Source: Octopus vulgaris
Taxonomy: Eukaryota
Assembly: GCA_951406725.2 (NCBI GenBank)
Contig: OX597814.1
Location: 201,934,001-201,998,000, forward strand
Length of the DNA stretch: 64,000 bases
Direction: 5' to 3'
The notes under the pieces were generated by a model that was not told where the DNA came from, ran no database searches, and was given only the letters and a program-made list of their open reading frames with translations. Positions 1 to 12,944 of this stretch are shown piece by piece (positions within the stretch are counted from its first letter, which is position 1; every line of letters starts with the position of its first letter). The position numbers were made by a program, and so were the translations under genes.

Positions 1-232
1 GACGGTGTGCCAGTGAGTGTGTGCATGTGTGTATAAATAACAGGTCCTTCTTAAAGTCATTCACATTATACTTTTCTCTAGCTCATTTGTTTGAACAGCT
101 TTCTGAAAATGAAAGTAACTAGAATGAATATGTTGAAAGTACCATTGTGTCATCACATTCACACTTCAACGACTTCTCAATACTTCATCACCACTTCTGG
201 TGACAACCAGACATTCTTATCTCTCCAAGATT

Positions 233-292
233 TCATCATCATCGTTTAACGTCCGTTGTCTATGCTGGCATGGGTTGGAAGGTTTGACTGGG
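233..292 (-). mobile_element. Short 3'-tail fragment of a non-LTR retroposon (RTE-like or derived SINE)
   Basis: (CAT)n followed by cgtttaacgtccgttgtctatgctggcatgggttgg, recalled as a common octopus retroposon 3' end; not verified by search. Confidence 0.4.
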
Positions 293-1018
293 GCTGGTAC
301 AAAGGGGATACACAAAGTAGGACTGAGGGAAGGGGGATACTTAGGGCAAGAAGAAGGAGGCACACATTATAGTACAGAGTGAAGGAGATACTTATTGTAG
401 GGCTGAGAGAAAGGCGATGTATACAGTAGCACTGAGAAAAGGAGATGCATATTATAGGGCTGGCAGAAGTGGGGTACTCGTTGTAAGACTGGCCATGCAT
501 GATCAATATATTGGCACTGGCTGTGTATATAATATTACATTGAAATAAATAAGGAGTAGATATAATGACTATCAAAACCCATCTACGACTTAATTGTTTC
601 GATTTCAACTCAAGACCTCAGATCACTTACAAAGAATATAGCAACACCAACATTTATAAGACTTGTTATTTATGTCAGTTTTAGTCTTCATCGGAATAAA
701 CCAAAGGTGATACTGGAATTGTCTATCGTATTTTGAGATATATCCACTATTGTCTAAACTTTACTATAAGACATACATAGATTGCTTGATATAATAACGT
801 TTCTTAATTCACAATATTAATTAGATTTTCATTTATATTAATCGTTATTAGAGACAGCTATGTCTCTAGTAGTTTGAGATAACAATGTCGCTACGATGCT
901 GCTTTATCAATATTGTCCACTTCGATATTAATGTCGATTTAATTTGAACAATATCTTGAAAGAGATAACAGCTTTTTTTATCGAATGCATTTTTCAAGTT
1001 CTGAAATATTCATGGTGT

Positions 1019-1023
<5 letters not shown>

Positions 1024-1053
<30 letters not shown>

Positions 1054-1084
1054 CGTATGTGTATACATACTTACACACACACTC

Positions 1085-1178
<94 letters not shown>

Positions 1179-1240
1179 ACATACATATATATATACATAT
1201 ATATATATACATACATATATATATATATACATATATATCA
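1024..1240. repeat. Compound (TG)n/(TA)n microsatellite
   Basis: Directly visible; explains the YIYI/CVCV ORFs. Confidence 0.97.
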
Positions 1241-1898
1241 TGTGTGTATGTGTTTTCTATGTACAAGGTAATATATCTGCATTAATAAGAAATATATTAT
1301 CAAAAGCTGAGAAAGAAATATTAATTGTAATATAGTTGTGTAGAGTCTATGTAAAGTGGTGTGTGTGTATGTGTGTGTGTGTGTGTGTGTATGTGTGTGT
1401 GTGTGTGTGTATGTGTTCGCGTGTATCCAAGTTGATGTGACAGATTAATGCTGAGAGTTCACAAACTGATAGGAATCTCATTTCCACACTGTTACAGTGT
1501 CAAAAAGTCTTTGGAGCATTGGAGATATATTAGGTCAAACTTATCCTTAATTGAAAAATAAATATCGCGCGCGCGCCTGTGTGTGTGTGTATGTGTGTGT
1601 GTGTGTGTGTGTGTAAAAAGTTTTGAATGGTTAATTAAGATTTATTTTAAAGCAAATTTAAAAATAACGAAGTCGAATGATCTAATGGACAAAACTTCAA
1701 ATTCTAGTTAATTTCAGCTTTACAGAAACGTCAGCTTACGACATTATTTTTCTAAAGATTTCCTGAAGTAGGGCTCCTAACTTTAAAATAGATATTGAAA
1801 TACAAAGTAAAAATACAAACCATTGACTTGTATTATTTTGTATAAGTTGCATGGTTTTGACTTTGTAGAAAAGCATTAAACACACACATACACATATT

Positions 1899-2335
1899 AA
1901 GTAATAAAAAAGGACGGAGAAAAAAGGACAAGAAAAAACAATAACGTGAGGACATGGTACATGCAAAGTGTTAATAAGACGCTTAGGGAGGGAAAGAAAG
2001 GGTGCTTTGCGTTTCGAGCAAAGCTCTTCTTCAGAAAAAGGAGACAGAAAAAACCAAGGGGAAAGGAAAACGGCGGAAAAAATCGTCAGCAATCCACATT
2101 TAGTTTTATTTTGTACATGTAGTTACATATAGTTACTACATGTGGATTGCTGGCGATTTTTTTCCTTCATCTTCCTTTTCTTTTGGACTTTCCTCCGTTT
2201 CTGAAGAAGAGCTTTGCTCGAAACGTAAAATACCCTTTCTTTCTTTCCCTGAGCATCTTATTAATTCTTTGGATGTACCACGTCCTCACGTTTTTGTTTT
2301 GCTGTCTTTTTTCTCCGTTTTCTTTTTTATTAACT
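1899..2335. repeat. Fold-back pair of ~200-bp hammerhead-bearing PLE-terminal repeats
   Basis: 1899-2099 is the imperfect reverse complement of 2140-2335 with a 40-nt spacer; a third copy lies at ~44325-44505. Confidence 0.85.
2198..2230 (+). ncRNA. Minimal type I hammerhead ribozyme motif
   Basis: ttt-CTGAAGA-a-GAGC ttt GCTC-GAAA-CGTA-aaa: both core boxes, 4-bp stem II, palindromic ACGT stem III, GUA triplet, only a 3-bp stem I. Confidence 0.6.
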
Positions 2336-2424
2336 ATTTACCGCACACTCACACACACTCTGGTCAGTCCAACTGGCTTTGAAGTACCTAATTCACGAAA
2401 TTCTTTCTACCATCGAATTACATT

Positions 2425-4130
2425 ACTGTCTTGTTCTCCCTGTTTTTACTGTCTTGTTCTCACTGTCCTGTTCTTGTTACCACTTTCGCCCTCCGCAAAA
2501 AATTCCAAATTTTATTGAATTTGCTTTGCGGGAAGGACTGTTTCAACGAAGTCGCGTATTGGCTTTACCTTCGAAACGCGGAGTTGATGAAACAGGGACA
2601 ACTGATGAAGGGGAATATTCTTTATCTTGTATGTCTCGTTTCTGTGTTTTTTTCGTTGTTCGAAAAAAGTTCGTTTTTACGATGTTTTTGTTTTTACGCT
2701 TTCGTTTCTCATTGTGTTCAACGTTTTTTTATGTCCTGTACCCATATATGCATGTATATAGGGAGAGTTTACGAAAAAAAAAAGACGAAGACAGGTGGTG
2801 TACAAAACAAACAGATGTATTAGCATAACGCTCAGGAATAGAAAAAGTCTTTTACGTGTCGAGCCTACGCTCTTCTACAGAACGGGACACAAAAAAACAA
2901 GGAGAGAAAAAAGGAGAGAAACATGTATATATACATATATAAATATATATGTAGGTATAGAAAAACGAGACAGGCAAGATAAAGAACATTCCCTTCATCA
3001 GTTGTCCCCTGTTTTATCTACACCGCGTTACGAAGGTTGGAACAAGACGCAGCTTCGTTAAAACACTCCTTCCCGTAAAGCAAATTAAATAAAATTTAGG
3101 ATTTTTGTGGAGGGTTAAAGTGGTAACAAAAACAGGACAGTAAGAACAAAACAGTGAAAACAAACGGTGAGGGTTGTTAAGCCATAACGAGGTAAAGTGT
3201 TGAACGCTATGTAAAGGAGCTAAGACAATAAAGAACGATCCCTTCATCAGTTGTCCCCTGTTTTATCTACACCACGTTTCGGAGGTCGGGACAAGACGTG
3301 ACTTCGTTAAAAACAGTCCTTTCCGCAAAGCAAATTAAATAAAATTTGAGATTTTTACGGGGGGTTAAAGTGGTAACAAAAACAGGATAGTAAGAACAAA
3401 CGAGGTAAAGTGTGAACGCTAGGTAAAGGATCTAAGACAGGAGAGAGGCAAAAATAGGTTTTATTTCTTGTAAAGCAAGAGGAAGAAAGAACGATATATA
3501 TATTAGTTATATTATCATTTAATTGGACACCAAGCACCCATTCCCAATTACGATTATCTTAACTTTTTTGATGCGACTCGATTCTATACTGTTTTCTCCC
3601 CCATCCTTCTCTAATTACCTTTTTCTCCCCTTCACCGTTTTCCACCTGTCTCTCTCTCTCTCCTCTTTCTCCTTTTCTCTCTCTCTCTCGTTGCTCACAC
3701 ATGATCATCGTCTATCTCCTCACGTGACCATCTTTCTTTTCCTACTCGACGTTCTATGGACTGGACGTCTTCTATCTTTTCTCTTTTCAAAGAAAATATT
3801 TCTTCCAGTATTCACTATTTTCCCCCACGTTCTGGTCTAATGACCCTTCGTGTTTTCTTTCGGCTTCCTTGTATGTTTCCACTGTCCTGTTTTTGTTCCC
3901 AAATTTGACCCTCCATAAAATCAACAATTTATTTTGGAAGTTATGGGAGCAACTGTCTTCGAAGACCTATATTGTCGTTGAATGCTCGAAATGAGGAGTA
4001 GACAGACAGCCGACAACTGATGAAGGGTCGTTCTTCGTTACTTCTTCGTTACTTGTCCTGTTTTCAATTTTTTCTCTCGTTGTTTGCGTATTTAACTCGC
4101 GTGTTTTCGTACTTCATGTTGTTTACAGTT
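2425..4130. repeat. Cluster of related PLE-terminal-like repeats in both orientations
   Basis: A unit containing gaaacg...acaactgatgaaggg occurs at ~2425-2640 (+), ~2963-3175 (-), ~3225-3400 (-) and ~3880-4060 (+). Confidence 0.7.
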
Positions 4131-4159
4131 GGTGATGTCCTGCACTCATATATGCACGT

Positions 4160-4206
<47 letters not shown>

Positions 4207-4445
4207 ATTTAGAAAATGAGAGAGTGAAAAAGAAAGAGAGAAGTAAAGAGAGATTAAGGAAACAGAAAAAAGTGAAAATAAGTTGACTTTCAAAATTTTA
4301 TGTATGTCTATCATCATCATCATGTGTATAATCTCAACATTTTTTAAGAAAACTTCGTTGACTTTCAATGTCAGGTGAATTTAACGTACGATAGCGTCTT
4401 CTAAAGTTATATTTATATATCCTAAATTTGCGGAATTCGTCGTTG

Positions 4446-4520
4446 GGGTAGTTTAGCTTAACGGTAAAACACTTGACGTGTAATCACAGGAATGTGAGTT
4501 CGAGTCTCGTGGTTGGTCGC
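4446..4520 (+). pseudogene. tRNA-derived pseudogene or SINE head (TGT/Thr-like loop)
   Basis: A box tagcttaacgg, T-arm gtgag-ttcgagt-ctcgt; the acceptor stem does not pair. Confidence 0.5.
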
Positions 4521-4608
4521 CGATATCTTTTTCTGCAAAATATAAATAGTTTATCCTGTTCATGCTATTTTATTAGCATTATCCTGCGTTTGAGAATAAA
4601 ATTATTTG

Positions 4609-4642
<34 letters not shown>

Positions 4643-5023
4643 TAGGGGGAAAGAGATGATTATTCACACGTATGGTTCCCAAGAAAGAGTATTTAAATAA
4701 TTCATATCTCTAAGATAGAAGCAAATGACCCAACTAGTGTATTTAAGTGTAAGCATTCTTGATTTCGTTACATACACGAGCTTGAACCATTTTAAGATAT
4801 CTGTACAAATAGTAATGATTGTCGCCTTTATTGCATTTATAATTCCGGGTTAATTTATATGAAACTACTGATTTCAGGTGACCCGACAGAAAAATATGTG
4901 TTAGATGTTGAGACTTACGTGGATATTTAAATGAAGCTCTTTTCCTCCATTTTACTGTAAAGATTTCATCTTGTATTGAAGTGACAGTGTATTCTGAACC
5001 ATCATATTTACATTACTCAGCTT

Positions 5024-5305
5024 AGGCACATGGCCTAGTGGTTAGAGCAGCGGTCGAGGGATCGCGGGTTCGAATCTCAGACCGAGTGATGTGTGTGTTT
5101 ATGAGCGAAACATCTAAGCTCCACAGGGCTCCGGCAGAAGGTAATGGTGAACTTCTGCTGACTCTTTCGCCACAACTTTCACTCTTTCTTCCTGCATCTT
5201 GCAGCTCACCTGTGACGGACTGGCGTCCTGTCCAGGTGGGGAATCTATACGCCAAGGAAACCAGGAAACTGGCCCTTATGAGCCAGGCGTGGCTTGAGAA
5301 GGAAC
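5024..5305 (+). mobile_element. tRNA-derived SINE (head type C, tail type Y)
   Basis: A box tggcctagtgg, B box gggttcgaatc; TSD acattac(t/c)cagctt at 5010-5023 and 5304-5317. Confidence 0.85.
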
Positions 5306-7230
5306 ATTACCCAGCTTCGTTCCACAACTGCCATAAAAGGCATTAACCTCATGTGACTGTAGCTCAACCAATCAGATTGACTGGTGAGCCAGAATCGTCC
5401 CACCAAATTGTTTATAGTACGTTCTAGAACTTTTTGCTGATGGTATATAAAAATGAAACCTAATCCAACTTCCCAGTAAATTGCTTGCAGTATGTTCTAG
5501 AACTTGTTATGCAATGGTATATAAAGAGAGAGCCTAATCTAAATAAAGAGAGAAATACCAGACTTTTCAGTTACGTTTTTCTTAATCCTATGTTCAAATA
5601 TTAATTATGGCTGAAGAGACAACATGGAATTATATAGATTATCTCATGAAATGTCATTGTTATTTCCTTATCTTAATCTGTTCTCACAAATTATGAATCA
5701 TTGAAGTATTATATATTAGCATGTTGTAGTCACCAAATGCTCTTTTATTCATTAATTCTCAAATACCATTATCTATTGATCTGCTGTAACAATGTATATT
5801 TTATGTAAAATTATACTCAATTTAGCCTGATTTTGTGAATTGAACACACAGCACATAAATGTTGTTTATTGTCAATTATTCATTGACTACTTCACAACCA
5901 CGACAAAATTTAAATAATTTTTTACTCTTAGAGTAGAATGAAGTGGAGTATAATCTTCAAGAAAACACATATTACGCCATTCTGACAAAGAAATATCATC
6001 AAACGTAGACAAACAAGTGTATTATATAGACATATATCCTCCTAATTAAGTCATTATCTATAATATAAATTGGACATGGGCGATCATTGTATTCTTCCTT
6101 GTCTTGAGGTTCACAGCCAAATGGCTGGGTGGATTCGCATGAAAAATGGCACATATGTGGAGACAGGTGCATAAATTGGAATGCAGTTTGTATTTTTTTC
6201 CTAACCCCCATACTTACCGAGAAAATCAATTAAAACATTTTTTCTACTGGAATTTCCCTCTTTCTTCCGCCATTAAAACAACCAGTTGCTTAGAAGCTGT
6301 TTTCTGACAGGGTGGGGTCAGGATATTTTCATACAGCTGGAGGCTCCAATCGAAACGGGACCCAAAATGATAAGGTTGAGAAACGCTGTTATAGATTATG
6401 CCTAACCGAAAACGATCACAGCCACATCATCCAAACAGACCGGGTGAAACTGGACTTAGCTGCTAGTATCAAATATATAGACCTATCGTTATTACACAAA
6501 ACAACCTTAACCAAGCTATTATTGTTAGATTAGAAGAATATATGTCAGTGAAACTTTGATTCGGTCTGTATTTACATTCACCGTTCCCTTGATTAGGAAA
6601 ACCGAAACAATGTTCAATTTCATAAAATTTGATCATTTATCACATCCACTTTGTTAAAGAAACAAAAATAATTTATTTCAGCAAAGAAAACATTCAATAT
6701 TCCGTTTTACTTTGCATTGTTATCTTGTATACATTTTAAATCCGATTTTAATCTTGTCACCATGCTTCTAACTTCTTCCTGAGCTGCAAACACAAATAAC
6801 AATACATTGCTTTTATTCTTAGCTTTTACTTGATAATACGTGATGAATATTCAATAGAATCTGCATTGAGAGACTTCATATAAATATAAGATCTCAGGTT
6901 TTATTATCTTCAAAAGAATCCTTTCCTAGACTCGTTAAACCGAACAGGTGAACGACCGTGTTGCTGTGATGCAAATCAAGAATGAACAATCACATCAATA
7001 AAGAGGTAAAAAGGTTTGTTTTTCTTCCTTCTTCTTGTTTATTTTGCTTATACTTGTTCCAGTCAATGGGCTGTGGCCATATTGGAGCATTGGCTTAAGG
7101 AATTTTAGTCACTTGAATGAACCCCAGTACGTATTTTTTTTGCCAATCTGTTAAGTTATGGGGACGTAAACACATTAGCAATGGTTGTCAAGTAGTGGTG
7201 GGGAACAAACGCAGGCATATATATATATAT

Positions 7231-7289
<59 letters not shown>

Positions 7290-7291
<2 letters not shown>

Positions 7292-7612
7292 ACTCCGTCG
7301 GTTACGACGACGAGGATCCCAGCCGATACAATCAACGGAACAGCTTGCTCGTGAAATTGACCTGTAAGCGGCTGAGTACCCCACAGACACGAGTACCCTT
7401 AAAGTAGTTCTCAGGGAGATTCAGTGGGACACAGAGTGTGACAAGGCTGACCATTTGAAATACAGGTACTGCTAATTTAAGCCAGGTGTGTGAAATGGAG
7501 CAACGTGAAATAAAGTGTCTTGCTCAAAGACCCAACGCGTTACTAGAAATTGAACTCATGGCCTTACGATCACGAGTCGAATGCTCTAACCACTAAGCCA
7601 CGCGCCTTCACA
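7290..7612 (-). mobile_element. tRNA-derived SINE with CORE-like domain (head D, tail X)
   Basis: Head gtgaaggcgcgtggcttagtggttag, CORE-like ttgagcaagacactttatttcac; matches copies at 34545, 54055 and 61308. Confidence 0.85.
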
Positions 7613-8355
7613 CACACACACACACACAAAAGTGTATTCCCATGCAGGAAAAATTATAAGGTTTAGGAAAGTTCGAAGTGTGAATGTTTCGGTCAAAGTA
7701 TTTTTGTTGTGGCAAAGTCTAGTATTTTGGTCAGTTGGCTTCCTGATGGGTGGGGCACTCAACAACTTGTTCAGAAGCATCCGGTGATGCAGATGTATCT
7801 CGTTGGAATATTTACAGATGCAACTAGTTGAAATAACCGTTCTGCAATGTAATTACTTGTTTTGTAGAAAGAAAAGCAGCCAGATAAAGGAAATATCTTC
7901 ATTTATACAGAAGATGAAAAATAAAATCACAGATAGAAAAAGAAAAACGAGCAAGCAATCCAGCAAGAAAAGTGTTGAAAATAACCGTTAACAAACATGG
8001 ACGTATAAACGCCCTCGGGCAAGCTGCATGGCACGAGTACCATCGCTCATACAAGCATCCACGAAAATGTGAGCATACGCACACATGAGGCTTGGTGCAC
8101 TCATGATCACAAAGCGAGTTAACTATCTACATGGTGCCTGTAAGAATGCGGAGTTAAGTCATCCATACCTTAAAGTAAATTAAATTACTTTAATGGTTAC
8201 TCAAAATTCAATCGCACTGCATTATGCGAAAGTACATTTGTATGCGTGTAGGCATCTTGAGAGCATTTCAGAAACTCTATTAATGATCTTCTCGTTAGTC
8301 CACAGAATAGACAGAGTTTCCTCGGAGCAGAGACGGCATCCACTGGAAATTATAT

Positions 8356-8398
<43 letters not shown>

Positions 8399-8399
8399 G

Positions 8400-9260
8400 T
8401 GCGTATAGGATGAGCTTCTTTCTGTTTCTGTCTACCAAATTCACTCACAAGGCTTTGGTCATCCCATGGCTGTAGTAGAAGACACTTGCCCAAGGTGCCA
8501 TGAAATGGGACTGAACCTGGAACCATGTGATTGGGAAGCAAACTTCTAACCACACATCCACTCCAAACTTTCTTTCTTCTAATACTGTGCATTAACACTT
8601 ACCACATAGTCCTCAGGTTCAAACCCGACAACTGTCTTTGGAATTTTCAGGCAATGCACAATGGTACGTTCGGTGTATTTGATCACAAAGTAAAATTATT
8701 TAAGGCAGCACATAAACTTTTATTTTTATTTTAATCTTTCGCTTGTTTCACTCATTGGACTGCGGCCATACCGGGGCACCACCTTAAATGGTTTAGTCAA
8801 ACAAATTGTCCCCAATACTTATTCTTTTAAATATGGTATTTTTTTTTTGCTGAAAGAACAGGTCTTATTTGCTGAAAGACAGTGTTATGAGGACATAACC
8901 AAACCAACACTAGTTGTCAAGTAGTCAAGATGGTAACAACAGAAACACAAAGTCACTTACACACACACATACCATGGGCTTTCACACAGTTTCCATCTAC
9001 TAAATTCACTCACAAAGCATTCATCAGTTCAAAGCTTTAGTAGAAGACACTTGCTCAAAGTGCCATGCAGTGGGACTGAACTCAAAACCAGACGGTTGCA
9101 AAGCTTCTTAACCACACAGTCATGTCTTTTACTTTTTACTTGTTCCTGTGGCCATGCTGGGGCACCACCTTGAAGAATTTTTAGTCGAATTATTGATTCC
9201 AGCACGTACTTTTTAAAGCCTGGTAATATTCTATCGCTCTTTTTCGACTGAAGATATGCT
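8400..9260 (-). mobile_element. Three partial or diverged copies of SINE family A
   Basis: Match to family A (18251-18645) at ~8400-8560, ~8735-9126 and ~9130-9260. Confidence 0.75.
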
Positions 9261-9340
9261 AGGCATGAGGACAAACTCTATATCACAGGTCCTGGACACC
9301 TAACTGTGAAGTACGAACATTATTATTATTTCCTTTCAAA

Positions 9341-9805
9341 GGGCATCAAACTGGCAGAGTCATCAGTATGCCGGGCAAAATGCTTTGCGGCATTTCGCTC
9401 GTCATTACGTTCTGAGTTCAAGGCGGCGAGCTGGCAGAAACGTTAGCACAGCGGGCGAAATGCGTAGCCGTATTTCGTCTGCTATTACGTTCTGAGTTCA
9501 AATTCCGCCGAGGTCGACTTTGCCTTTCATCCTTTCGGGGTCGATTAAATAAGTACCAGTTACGCACTGGGGTCGATATAATCGACTTAATCCCTTTGTC
9601 TGTCCTTGTTTGTCCCCTCTGTGTTTAGTCCCTTGTGGGTAGTTAAGATATTTATTACGTTCTGAGTTCAAATTTCGCCGAGGTCAACTTTGCCTTTCAG
9701 CCTTTCGGTGTCAATAAAATAAATACCAGTTTAGAACTGGGGGTCAATGTTTTTGACTTACCCCTTCCTCAAAACAGCTGGCCTTGTGCCAAAATTTGAA
9801 ACTAA
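9341..9805 (+). mobile_element. SINE family B copy (9422-9653) nested in an older related SINE
   Basis: Head aggcggcgagctggcagaaacgttagc; 18-bp TSD attacgttctgagttcaa at 9404-9421 and 9654-9671. Confidence 0.85.
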
Positions 9806-10346
9806 TATAATTTCCCTTCAAATTGATTCGCTAGATATATTTTTTGAATCTCAAAATATTTCAAACTGCAAGGACAACTAAATAACTAATTATTCTATTC
9901 CATTTTTATTTTACAGACAACCCTGAGATAATTTCAGTCATGTATGACTCATTACAAAAATAACGTTTGAACAATTCGACAGGTTTAGAAAACCATCGTT
10001 TTTTCTTATCATTAAAAAAAGAAAATTCCTTTGATTTTATTTATCTAGAAATGTTTCCAAATGATTACATAGGAGGCTCTGTTTTGATATTTACATCAAA
10101 ATAGAACCTACTTCATTTACATTTTATTCATCAGCTATTACCCATTCTACATCAATAAAGACATTCTCATTTACATTCTTGCTTAACTAACTCAGCAATA
10201 ACAGCCCTTATATCCGCATATATATATATGTATAAGTGAAATAGTGTGTGAGTGTGTTTTTATACCTATGTATGAATGTATGTACGTACGTATCTCTCTT
10301 TCTCCCCCTCTCCCTCCTCCCCTCTCTCTCCCCCCTCTCCTTCTCT

Positions 10347-10410
<64 letters not shown>

Positions 10411-11662
10411 GTATATATACATACATATAAACACACACACATATATATGTATATATACATACATATACACACACACACACACACACACATATATGTATAT
10501 ATACATACATACACACACACACACACACATATATATGTATATATTGTATATATGTGTATGTATGTATACAGACGTCACTAAAGTGACAAAAGGCACTGAT
10601 CAGAACCAGTATTGCTAAGAATAAGAGTCAAAACAACTCAATAGCCACAAAAGCACAATCTTAATGACTTGTCAGGTAGGCAAGCTCTCTACAGCTGCAG
10701 ACATAGCTAGATCATCGATGATTACGCATTCTAATGCGCATCAGCGGCTTTCACCGTGCCTAGAGTTCAGCTCAGCTCGCCCTGTCAGGCTTTAAGATTT
10801 CCGTTGAAATCACACGCTGATTTCAAAAACGGTAAAAGTGAAAATTATAAATAATATAGGTGGCTTATTCACAATTTTACAGTCTAATGGTAGAAATATA
10901 GACGTCACTAAACGGACAAAGAGCATCAGTCAGTACCAGTGTTACTAAAAATAAGAGTAAAAAATTGCGAATAAGCCACTTATATTATACATATATGTGT
11001 GGAGGGGGCGGGTTTCTGAGTTTCAAAAATCATTGCACAAATTATATCTGCACAAAATATTTAAAAAGGAAAGAAGATAAGTCATTAGTTCAGACTCATA
11101 ACACAAGAAATAAACATAACGAAAACAACCCCGAAAACGAGAAAAATAGACACAGAATTATTAATAAGGAAATAGCGAAATATCCTGAAAAATAAAATAT
11201 ATATATAGGAGTAAGGAAAATAGAAATGATTTGCTTAATGGCCAAAATGAGGTGGATCATAACGATAGTTGGAAATACCCAACAAGTGAAGGAAGGGAAA
11301 TGATCCTTAATGACTCCCCACTAAGACTACAAAACGGAGGGAAAATAAACGTAATAACAATAACAAAAATGATAATAAAACACTAATGCAAATGATTTAG
11401 ATATTTATGATGATACTTATAGAGGCAACAACGAACATAAAATAACAATACAAATATTAAGATAGATGAGAAAAGGCATTAATCAGCACCAGTCTTCTGT
11501 TCTCTGTCTGGCTGCTTTTGTTTCTACAAAGCAAGAAGTTACATTGCAGATGGTTATTTCAACTAGTTGCATCTATATATATTCCAACGAGATACATAGG
11601 GACGGAGAGCTTGTTATATTTATGAGGAAATATGTGTGTGTATGCATATATATATATATATA

Positions 11663-11752
<90 letters not shown>

Positions 11753-11845
11753 ATAAATTTAAAATAATAAATTATATTGAAATAAACACGGTGAAGGATA
11801 AATTGAAAATAAGCATAGGAACAAATCTTAAAGAATAATGTACTC

Positions 11846-12101
11846 TCACCACTTAAAAATAATAATCTAGCTTCATACATCTAATACATTGTGAATCGTA
11901 CACCCATTAAAATATATACATATTAATTTAACAAGACATATATAATAACCCTACCTATCAATAAATAAGACCATCACCACTTAAAAATAATAATCTAGCT
12001 TCATACATCTAATACATTGTGAATCGTACACCCATTAAAATATATACATATTAATTTAACAAGACATATATAATAACCCTACCTATCAATAAATAAGACC
12101 A
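11846..12101. repeat. 128-bp tandem duplication
   Basis: 11846-11973 appears identical to 11974-12101. Confidence 0.92.
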
Positions 12102-12201
12102 ATACATCTAAATAAATAAAATAAAACAAGATACAAATGATAAAAATAGAAATTCTCGCAATTAAATAAGTAGAAGTTAAATATATAAATACATTTCGAT
12201 A

Positions 12202-12276
<75 letters not shown>

Positions 12277-12944
12277 TCTATTTTATTTTTTAGTCTTTAT
12301 TTTGACAAGTGCCTGCCCGCCTCTAAATAAACCGATCTAAATTCCATTGAGGGTGAATAGCAGTATGAGTGGTTCTTCAGGGCAACAACTACCCATTGTC
12401 CACTATGGCCATAGTTTAACCTCAAGCTATTTTTAGAACGGAATCCAAAGACGCACATGCTCACACACATACACACACACACACACGCTCACACTCACAT
12501 ACATACACTTACCTTTAAATTTATAATGCAATTTTAATTGTAAAATATGAATGAAGGTGAGGAATTGAAACGTGCTTAGGCGATATGCAAATAACTATTA
12601 TATAAATAAATTGATTTTTTGTGTTCAATCTCTCCATTTTCTTTATATTATATTATTAAAATGTTGTTCTCCTATATCGAATAGATGAAAACATCCATAA
12701 CAACAACTGGAACTTTGTAAGTGTTAAACACTGGTGTTGAAGATGAACCATCACTAAACACCATAACAAATTCTACGAAATTCTACGAAAATTAATCAGT
12801 ATGGTGCTAAACCAGTGTATGCTTGGATGAAATACATCCCCAAGAAAGAGCAACTTCTTTCCATTCGAAACTTTTTGAATAGTTCTGTCCACTCTGTGCT
12901 GAACAAATTTACTGAATTTTTAATACATATACTGCAATATATGT

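Noticed and set aside
4446-4520. Functional tRNA gene
   Set aside because: Acceptor and anticodon stems are broken; other tRNA-like sequences in the window are SINE heads.
6707-6783. Possible terminal exon on the minus strand (tttgcag|..QEEVRSMVTRLKSDLKCIQDNNAK*)
   Set aside because: Good acceptor, but it is short, has no recognisable homology, and the neighbouring candidate exon has stops in all frames.
12375-12400. CTGAAGA box on the minus strand
   Set aside because: No matching GAAA box or stems found downstream.
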